Positions 50,539 through 57,833 of a DNA stretch of 64,000 bases are shown here, piece after piece. Every line of letters begins with the position of its first letter. Position 1 is the stretch's first letter. The position numbers were made by a program, and so were the translations under genes. The stretch spans positions 199,385-263,384 of the forward strand of contig CBDFFU010000003.1 in assembly GCA_965246875.1 (NCBI GenBank). The letters are read 5' to 3'. Source of the DNA: Alphaproteobacteria bacterium (GTDB lineage: Bacteria; Pseudomonadota; Alphaproteobacteria; Micavibrionales; SZUA-601). The notes beneath the pieces were generated by a model. The model made no database searches. It saw only the letters and a list, made by a program, of their open reading frames with translations, and had not been told where the DNA came from.

Positions 50539-50697
50539 GATAGAGAAGCTTTCTAAATTATGTCATTTTGAATATATTCGCAATTTGATTGTCACAAAGA
50601 AAAATTAAATTCCGTTTAAGAAATTATTATTGCAATGTAAAACAATCTATATGTTAAAAATCATGTACTTATAAGAATATCACCGCTTTTTCAAATC

Positions 50698-50713
50698 TGG
50701 CACAGTCTTCGCA
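50698..50713 (+). promoter_or_regulatory. sigma-54 promoter (TGGCAC-N5-TCGCA, GG-N10-GC)
   Basis: GG at 50699-50700 and GC at 50711-50712 have exactly 10 nt between them. The site lies 56 nt upstream of the flagellin ATG and 160 nt from the divergent enhancer-binding-protein (EBP) gene. Confidence 0.65.
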
Positions 50714-50768
50714 ATATGCTAAGCGAGCCAAGTATGGCTTTTAATGACCCAGAACAGGAGACTATCTC

Positions 50769-51596
50769 ATGCTAAATTCAATTCACACAAATTCAGGCGC
50801 CATGATTGCATTGCAGGCTCTGAACAATACAAATTCTGATCTTGAAAAAGTTCAAAAACGCATCTCAACCGGTTTTCGTGTTGCCGACAGCTATGATGAT
50901 GGCGCAAGCTTTGCAGTTGCGCAGGGCTTACGTTCGACCAATAAAGGCCTTGAGGCTGTCGACGAACGTCTTGGCAATACAAAAGGCCTATTATCTTTAG
51001 CGCAAGATGGCTTGACAGCAGTCTCAGACACACTTGGCAGTGCGCGCAAAGTGTTAGCGAAACTGTCTGATGCTAGTTTGAGTGCAACCGAACGTACACA
51101 ATATAATTCAGATTATACAGCCCTTCGCAATGAAGTATCCAACACAGTCAACCAATCGTCGTTCAATGGCACTAACATTCTTTTAGGTGCTGCAACAACC
51201 AACGTTTTATTCAATGCAAGTGGTGGTTCATTTGCTTTGGTTGGTCAAGATGCACTGGGAGCCGCATTTACTGCAGGTCTTCCAGCCACCCCTCCTGCGA
51301 CGGCAGCGGCAGCAGCAACATTGATTGCATCAGGCGGCGCGTTTACAACTTATGAAACGGGCGTTGGATCTTCTTTGTCGACGATCGGCGGCTACTCACG
51401 TTCCATCGATAATCAGAAGAAATTCGTTGCTTCTTTATCAGATGCAAACGTTGAAGGAATAGGCTCAATCGTCGATGCTGATCTGGCAAAAGATTCTGCT
51501 CGACTGCAATCGCTGCAAATTCGCCAGCAGCTTGGAACACAAGCTTTGAGCGTTGCTAATCAAGCCCCAAGTGCAATTGTTAGCCTGTTTAGATAG
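50769..51596 (+). CDS. flagellin (short alphaproteobacterial type)
   Basis: 275 aa with conserved N-terminal (MLNSIHTNSGAMIALQALN) and C-terminal (LQSLQIRQQLGTQALSVANQAPSAIVSLFR) flagellin helices. Confidence 0.9.
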   Translation: MLNSIHTNSGAMIALQALNNTNSDLEKVQKRISTGFRVADSYDDGASFAVAQGLRSTNKGLEAVDERLGNTKGLLSLAQDGLTAVSDTLGSARKVLAKLSDASLSATERTQYNSDYTALRNEVSNTVNQSSFNGTNILLGAATTNVLFNASGGSFALVGQDALGAAFTAGLPATPPATAAAAATLIASGGAFTTYETGVGSSLSTIGGYSRSIDNQKKFVASLSDANVEGIGSIVDADLAKDSARLQSLQIRQQLGTQALSVANQAPSAIVSLFR

Positions 51597-51615
51597 TCTC
51601 TATACTTTAGTCTAG

Positions 51616-51647
51616 AAATCCCACCCCGATATGAGGTGGGATTTTTC
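51616..51647 (+). terminator. rho-independent terminator after flagellin
   Basis: AAATCCCACC (51616-25) pairs with GGTGGGATTT (51635-44) and is followed by a T run. Confidence 0.8.
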
Positions 51648-52128
51648 TATATAATGTGAAAATGTTGACAAATACTAGTACTCTGATTTTGATTGATTTC
51701 GCTAATAAATAAGCCGAGTTGCCGTAGCGTTGGTTTGAAATGCTTATTAGCTTAAATATAAAATCCTATAGTTCGGTCAAAGTGGATGGAACTTAGCTGG
51801 GATGCGATAAACTGCTTTTTTAACATCACAAGCTGATCGATGGTATCTATTAACATGCCTGAAAACTATTACTGAATTTATTATTTGATTATCCGGCCAT
51901 ATTTATGTGGGTAAATCACGATGGCGCGTACCATAGCTAATGAATTAGGCTCTTTATCCACCCCTGCTTCAAACGCTGTTTCTAATGCGATCTTGATCAA
52001 GCGGGCACTTGTTATAACCTCTCTCTTCGCATCAAAATCATGGGAGATTGAAATAATTGCGTGCAATTTTTTCAATAATTTCGCTGTCTGCCGCCATTTC
52101 TGTGCCTTTCTTATTACTGGATTTCAGT

Positions 52129-52161
52129 TGTAACCATGTAACCTGTAACTGTGCATGTAAC
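52129..52161 (+). repeat. four direct TGTAAC hexamers
   Basis: TGTAAC occurs at 52129, 52137, 52144 and 52156. Confidence 0.6.
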
Positions 52162-52449
52162 CCGTTTTGCCAGCCTCACGCTATAATACGGCTGCGCCCT
52201 TGCCGCCCGCATAGCAAAACTGGCAGGGAGGACCCAAGGCATTATTTGGCTTCGGCACGTTGGCGCTGTTCCGCCACGCGGTCTGCTTTTTGCATCTTGT
52301 CATCATGCTGGCGTTCATGGCGGGAATCACGAAAATATTTCAAGCACTGTCCGGCGCATCGGGCTTAGCCACGGCATCAAACGATTGCTGCCAGGAAATG
52401 TTGTTCCGACCGGCAAAGTCCCTGAAGGGAGAGTGTGGTGGGCGCGGCG

Positions 52450-52618
52450 GTGTTCCGCGCCACACTCCCCCTTTAGGGGGGAACACACGGAACACTGTTT
52501 AAAATCAACAACTTGCAAAACCGTGTTCCGGTGACTTTCACGCAACATATGAAACACCCGGAACACTCAATGTTTTCAATGTGTTTCCTGCAAATTACAG
52601 AAGCGGAACACGAAACAC
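52450..52618. repeat. iteron-like cluster of (C)G(G/A)AACAC motifs in both orientations
   Basis: Copies on the top strand at 52480, 52488, 52551, 52559, 52604 and 52611. Copies on the bottom strand at 52450, 52523 and 52581. Confidence 0.7.
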
Positions 52619-52623
52619 GGCCA

Positions 52624-52857
52624 TCAATTTGCGTTGTCGAAATAGTCCTGGTCGTCGGTCGACTGGCACAGGCGGCTCTGCTCAAAATCCTCGATATCGC
52701 TTAAACGGTATTTGACGCGCCCGCCAATCTTGATGAACTTCGGCCCGACACCCAGCCAGCGCCAGTGCTCCAGCGTCCGGCAGGACACGCTGAGCCGGTA
52801 AGACAGATCCGTTTGATTAAAATGTTTAATTGGTGTTGTCATCGCTTTGGCCTCCAT
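52624..52857 (-). CDS. AlpA/excisionase-type HTH DNA-binding protein
   Basis: 77 aa. The pattern LSVSCRTLEHWRWLGVGPKFIKIGGRVKYRLSDIEDF is typical of HTH_17/MerR-like excisionase proteins. Confidence 0.6.
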   Translation of the reverse strand: MEAKAMTTPIKHFNQTDLSYRLSVSCRTLEHWRWLGVGPKFIKIGGRVKYRLSDIEDFEQSRLCQSTDDQDYFDNAN

Positions 52858-52881
52858 GCCTGTGTTGCGTTGAAGTCATCG

Positions 52882-53412
52882 TCACTGCTTTGCGATGCAC
52901 GAAATAGATGGCGGCACGCCGCCCATCCACATGCCCTTGCGCTTGGATGCCGCCAGCTTGTCACGGATGCGTTCCCCGGTGACTTCGCGCTCAAATTGGG
53001 CGAAGGACAGCAGCACGTTCAGTACTAACCGTCCCATCGATGTTGTCGTATTGAATTGCTGCGTGACTGAGACGAATGACACGTTGTACTTTTCGAACAC
53101 CTCGATCACTTTTGAGAAATCAAGCAGCGAGCGCGTCAGGCGGTCGATCTTATAAACAACGACGACATCGATGCGGCCTGCCTCGATATCGGCCATCAGG
53201 CGTTTCAGTGCCGGGCGTTCGATATTGCCGCCGGAGAAGCCGCCATCGTCATAGCGGTCCGGCACCAGCAGCCAGCCTTCATGGCGCTGGGCGGCAATAT
53301 AGGCCTCACCGGCTTCGCGTTGTGCATCCAGCGAGTTGAATTCCTGTTCCAGGCCTTCCTCGTGCGATTTACGCGTGTAGACCGCGCAACGGGTTTTTGT
53401 TTTTGTAATCAT
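52882..53412 (-). pseudogene. serine recombinase, truncated after the catalytic domain
   Basis: Resolvase-type catalytic domain (CAVYTRKS..., [19 protein letters not shown]). The ORF stops 8 codons after [10 protein letters not shown], where large serine recombinases continue into the recombinase and zinc-ribbon domains. No HTH is present either. Confidence 0.75.
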
Positions 53413-53867
53413 GTCCTGCCTCCCGTCTGGCGTTTCAGCCCAAAGAATAGAGGTCCTGACCATTGGGTACCGGTAATGGCGCGGGCGATGGAAGACAGGC
53501 TCTTGTAACGCTTGCCGCGATAGTCGAAGCCGTAATGCAGCACGGTCACTTCGTGAGTTTCTCCGTTATGCTCGCGCATCAGACGGGTTCCGGCGACTGG
53601 CTTGTCAGGCGAGACAGCACTGGCCTTTTTGATGGACTTGCCCTGCAGGTCCATATGCTGGCGGGCGTAAGTCTCCAGTCGCCGTTCCAGCGTTTTGCCG
53701 TCAGTGCCATAGGCCAGCTCCTGAATCCGGTAAGCCAGCCGCTTGACAAAATAAGGTTTGTTAAACGGCGGCGGTTCGGTTGCATGCAGTTCTTGCCACA
53801 GTTTCTTCAATTGGGGCGCAGTCATGCCCGGCAGCGCGGCGATGCGGGCAGTAATATTATTGCTCAT
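53409..53867 (-). CDS. DUF2924-like protein, translationally coupled to the recombinase
   Basis: 152 aa with patterns I associate with DUF2924 ([53 protein letters not shown]). Its stop overlaps the recombinase ATG as ATGA at 53409-53412. Confidence 0.65.
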   Translation of the reverse strand: MSNNITARIAALPGMTAPQLKKLWQELHATEPPPFNKPYFVKRLAYRIQELAYGTDGKTLERRLETYARQHMDLQGKSIKKASAVSPDKPVAGTRLMREHNGETHEVTVLHYGFDYRGKRYKSLSSIARAITGTQWSGPLFFGLKRQTGGRT

Positions 53868-54335
53868 GGCGAATTTTCTCCTTGCTGAGAAGTTTCGACA
53901 TGAATGCTTCGACAGGCGGTGAAGTCCAGTTGAATGAGAGAAAACAGGGCAATATTCTGCGATTTTCGGCTGATTTATTTTGTGCTTTGGTCATAGAATA
54001 ATGCTATGTCCGGGTGCGAAAACCGGCAATCAGCCACGATTGCGCTGCGGTTCCTTTCTCTGCGCCTGTCCGTGCCATTCCTGCTTAAAAGCGGCAGGCA
54101 AGCCTGTCGGACGAAATGTTCAGCAAGTCCGCAATGCGAAATCAACGACTTGATCTGTCAGTACCGGCCTGGAACAGTACACAGCAAACAGAGAATATCA
54201 GGCCATTCAGAGAAGAACTGCGCAGTGTTGCGCAAAGTGATGGATACCCGCCAGTACACAGAATACGGTCCATCACGCCCGGAAATGTGGCGGTCAGCGC
54301 GGGAAGGTTTCAAATTGAGAAAGTTCTAAATGGGA

Positions 54336-54550
54336 TAAATGGCGGTGGGGACAGTCTATCGCGAACCTCTCTCAGGCACAATTCCCTGTTTTTCAGGGAA
54401 AATACAGGGAATTGTGTGTACAGGAAGCACCTTTTCTATATAAAATCATGCTTAATCCATTGGATTAACAATATTTTTTGTTCAATTTCGCGTGCAGAAT
54501 AACAGGGAATTTTTGAATAAGAACAGGGTGGTTAATCCTGTGAACAGGCA
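54336..54550 (+). repeat. about 200-nt repeated intergenic module, copy B
   Basis: See copy A. It contains six ACAGG(G/A/C)-type motifs and the small palindromes CCCTGTTTTTCAGGG and CCTGTGAACAGG. Confidence 0.7.
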
Positions 54551-54760
54551 ACCTAAATGTGTTTACAGCGTTTATAGTTAAAGCAAAGCTTTGTTTAGTA
54601 CTGCACTTAGCGCAGTATTCTGGAATCGGCCATTTTAATACCATAAATAAGTTAAAATTAGCAGTTTAGCAAATTAGGGGTTATTTGCCTTTTATAAAAA
54701 CTGTCTTATATGCATTTTCATGACGTACTGTACGTCTATAACAATATGGAGATTAATTTC

Positions 54761-55321
54761 ATGTCTAAAATGATGATACGTGCTGCTGTTGCCGTTCTGG
54801 TGCTTGCCGGTTCCGTGATGTCGGCCCAAGCGGCCAATCCAATGGTTGGCGGCGCTGCAATGTATCCGACGAAAAATATCGTCGAGAACGCCTCACAATC
54901 CAAAGACCACACCACACTGGTCGCCGCTGTCAAAGCCGCCGGCTTGGTGCCGACGCTGTCGAGCAAAGGCCCGTTCACTGTATTCGCACCTACGAACGAA
55001 GCGTTCGCCAAACTGCCAGCCGGTACCGTTGAAACGTTGGTCAAGCCTGAGAACAAAGCTAAGCTGACCACAATCCTGACCTATCATGTTGTCGCCGGTA
55101 ATATGACAGCTGCCGATCTGACTGCCAAGGCCAAAACCAATGATGGTAAAGTCATGCTGAAAACTGTACAGGGCGACGAGATCACCTTGATGATGGATGC
55201 TGATGGTAAATGGACAGTCGAAGATGCCAATGGCGGCAAAGCGATGATCACCATCGCCGACGTCAAGCAATCGAACGGTAACATCTTCGTCATCGACAGC
55301 GTGCTGATGCCGAAAATGTAA
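54761..55321 (+). CDS. fasciclin (FAS1) domain protein, secreted
   Basis: Signal peptide MSKMMIRAAVAVLVLAGSVMSAQA. FAS1 blocks TVFAPTNEAFAKLP, LTYHVV and VIDSVLMP. GGAG precedes the ATG at 54761. Confidence 0.85.
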   Translation: MSKMMIRAAVAVLVLAGSVMSAQAANPMVGGAAMYPTKNIVENASQSKDHTTLVAAVKAAGLVPTLSSKGPFTVFAPTNEAFAKLPAGTVETLVKPENKAKLTTILTYHVVAGNMTAADLTAKAKTNDGKVMLKTVQGDEITLMMDADGKWTVEDANGGKAMITIADVKQSNGNIFVIDSVLMPKM

Positions 55322-55346
55322 TCTGAGATCACTAATTATAGTGAAA

Positions 55347-55374
55347 ACGTCCGCCAACTTGCGGGCGTTTTTTT
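55347..55374 (+). terminator. rho-independent terminator after fasciclin gene
   Basis: ACGTCCGC pairs with GCGGGCGT (8 bp, one G-U pair) around the loop CAACTT, followed by T7. Confidence 0.7.
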
Positions 55375-55713
55375 ATACGGATTTGCTAACAGTTGCAATC
55401 GCGCCCTGCTAATCATATACAAAACAAAGCAGAGTGGATAAAATCAAGTTGCTGCTGGCCCTTAAAAAATGCAGATGCTGGAAAATAATCCCTTCAAAAG
55501 GAAAATCAGATGACGATTAATAAACACGCCCTAAGTCTTGGTACAACTGACAAAACGTAGCCGGTTTTAATAGATTATAGGTTTAAAGTGAAACACTTTA
55601 AAAAGTAAACTAATCTTCGTAAAGTTACGTAAACCTCCTCGCTCTGCATTTCACTGATCCTCTTGACCATACACTTCCAGGAATTATTTGCTTCATATGA
55701 AATTTACTAAACT

Positions 55714-56793
55714 ATGCTTTTTAAAAAACCATCCTTAGCTTCAGAGATCACTAACAAACGCATTGGCTTGTTAGAAGCTTTACCCCTTTGGGTAAAGCTT
55801 ATTCCAATTGTATCTCAGTGGCTTTTCCTTTCGCTACGTTATGGCAGCGTGACACTCCCAAGTAGTGCCAATCCGCATATAACTTCAGGCGGCATGGTAG
55901 GAGAAGGTAAGCTCGAATATTTCGAGATCATGGGTCACCACGCGCGAACAGCTACAGCACCTTATATCAGCGCTTTAGTCGGAGCAAACACATCAGCTGT
56001 CACAGTTGTTGCTATGGCTGAACATGGCTTACAGTTCCCCATTATCGCCAAGCCTGATATCGGCTGGTGTGGTTTTGGCGTTCAATTAATTGAAAACGAA
56101 AAACAACTAAAAGATTATTTCGACAATTTCCCAGCCGGGCATACCGTAGTCATTCAGGAATATATACCCTTTGAAGGCGAAGCCGGAATTTTCTATGCCC
56201 GTCATCCTAGACAGGAAAAAGGCAAAATTATAGGCATGGTACTACGATATTTTCCGCGCGTGACAGGAGATGGTTTACGCAACGTTGGTTTATTAATCAG
56301 TGACGACCTCCGGCTGCAACGTTTACAGAAAGATGACCGACATGTCTTTTTGCATGATCAAAACTATGTTCCTGCCCAAGGTGAAATCGTTCGTTTGTCG
56401 ATCATAGGATCGACCAGAGTGGGTGGATTATATCGTGATGGTACGAAGGAAGTTACTGATGATCTTACAAATGCCATAGATACTATTTCACAGGATATGA
56501 GAGAGTTCCATATCGGCCGCTTCGATGTACGCTATAAAACGCTAGCCGACCTTCACGCCGGGCGTTTTACGATCATTGAAGTCAACGGCTCAGGGTCAGA
56601 GGCGGTACATGCCTGGGACCCAAGCTACACGCTATGGCAGGCATTTAAAATTATTTTTGCGAAACAGCGTTTGCTGTTTCAAATTGCGGCAGCAAAGCGC
56701 TGTCAAGGCTATCGGCCAATAGGTATCGTTTGTTTGACTCGCCTATATTTTATGCAACAAAAACTTATCAAACGCTATCCGCCTTCACATTGA
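55714..56793 (+). CDS. ATP-grasp domain protein
   Basis: 359 aa. FPIIAKPDIGWCGFGV, VVIQEYIPFEGEAGIFY and IIEVNGSGSEA match the ATP-grasp B/C-domain pattern. Confidence 0.6.
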   Translation: MLFKKPSLASEITNKRIGLLEALPLWVKLIPIVSQWLFLSLRYGSVTLPSSANPHITSGGMVGEGKLEYFEIMGHHARTATAPYISALVGANTSAVTVVAMAEHGLQFPIIAKPDIGWCGFGVQLIENEKQLKDYFDNFPAGHTVVIQEYIPFEGEAGIFYARHPRQEKGKIIGMVLRYFPRVTGDGLRNVGLLISDDLRLQRLQKDDRHVFLHDQNYVPAQGEIVRLSIIGSTRVGGLYRDGTKEVTDDLTNAIDTISQDMREFHIGRFDVRYKTLADLHAGRFTIIEVNGSGSEAVHAWDPSYTLWQAFKIIFAKQRLLFQIAAAKRCQGYRPIGIVCLTRLYFMQQKLIKRYPPSH

Positions 56794-57709
56794 ATGCCTG
56801 ACGTCGCGTTGCCTCAAAAAATATAAGCGAAACAGCGACTGAAGCAAAAGGCATAAGATTATAGATACATCGGTAAAATAACAATGCAGCTAATACTTCA
56901 TTGTATCCAATATCATGAACGGCAAGCAGGATAGCGCTCTCGAATATGCAGAGACCACCCGGAACGTGACTGATAATACCCAGCCATATGGCACCGATAT
57001 ATATCAAGATAAACGCTGAAAAGTTGAATCCAATATTATGCGGCATGAGAACATACAGTGCGCCAATAGCCGCAGCCAGCTCAGTGGTAGCAATAAGGAG
57101 TTGAAAAATTGCCTGCGACTTATTAGGGAAAACAATATTTTTTCCTAATTTAGATTTAAATTTCTGTTTCCATTTTTCAGGCGAAATAAGGATAAGGATA
57201 AAAAGAACAACAGGAATTGCCAACAAAGAATGATCATTGGGTAAGAAAACAAAGGCTACAGCGATGATGCCAATGTAACCAAATAATAATCCTAAAAAAG
57301 TCAAAGCTGTAATGCGTAAAGTGTCTGCCGAGTTGATACCAGCTGTCTTATAGATACGGTAACGTATCCAGCTCCCTGTAAAAACATGAAATCCTAAGGT
57401 ATTGCAGATGGCATTTCCTGCGATACCTGCATATGCAGCCAAAGAAATAAGAATCGTGCGAGGAGCAATTATTTTAGCTGCTATCACGTCTTGTAAGGCA
57501 AGAGCGACATAACTTATCAAAGTTAATAGACAAGCCCATGCAATATTTTGCCACGATAAAAGCGATGCCGCCTTTTTTACGGCAGCGATCGTGATAGATC
57601 CATCTAAATATTGCCGGCAAACAATTATAGTTAAGACAATGAGTAAAACAGGAAAAAGGGCAATAATCTTTCGTAACAATGTTGTGAAGTTGGACTGAAA
57701 ATAATGCAT
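56768..57709 (-). CDS. polytopic membrane protein, lysylphosphatidylglycerol-synthase TM (flippase-like, UPF0104) type
   Basis: 313 aa with about 8 TM helices and a charged-residue pattern resembling the MprF N-terminal/UPF0104 family. Its 3' end overlaps the ATP-grasp gene by 26 nt in convergent orientation. Confidence 0.55.
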   Translation of the reverse strand: MHYFQSNFTTLLRKIIALFPVLLIVLTIIVCRQYLDGSITIAAVKKAASLLSWQNIAWACLLTLISYVALALQDVIAAKIIAPRTILISLAAYAGIAGNAICNTLGFHVFTGSWIRYRIYKTAGINSADTLRITALTFLGLLFGYIGIIAVAFVFLPNDHSLLAIPVVLFILILISPEKWKQKFKSKLGKNIVFPNKSQAIFQLLIATTELAAAIGALYVLMPHNIGFNFSAFILIYIGAIWLGIISHVPGGLCIFESAILLAVHDIGYNEVLAALLFYRCIYNLMPFASVAVSLIFFEATRRQAFNVKADSV

Positions 57710-57833
57710 CTGCTAATTAAAGCCTCTTGCTAGTGTGGTCGACAAGCTGGGAGCAACATTTAGTACCTATTAGTCGACATTGGTGGCAGGTGGCGGCTTT
57801 GCTATTTGTGCTATTTGGAATAGTGCGGAATAA

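Noticed and set aside
50630-50642. Possible LuxO-type binding site (TTGCA-N3-TGCAA) in the regulator/flagellin intergenic region.
   Set aside because: Only TTGCAATGTAAAA is present. That is one good half-site with a poor second half, which is not enough to call.
52240-52370. A minus-strand peptide ...CAGQCLKYFRDSRHERQHDDKMQKADRVAEQRQRAEAK-stop that looks like a real protein C-terminus (a possible relic of the recombinase tail or a small regulator).
   Set aside because: An in-frame stop lies immediately upstream, there is no start codon, and I could not tie it to any family. It is too short to call.
39131-54550. The two 200-nt repeat modules interpreted as attL/attR of the neighbouring serine recombinase.
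   Set aside because: Serine recombinases act on short sites with a 2-bp crossover and do not generate long direct repeats. The copies are only about 85% identical and the recombinase is truncated. The nested-insertion idea is kept only as one of several hypotheses.
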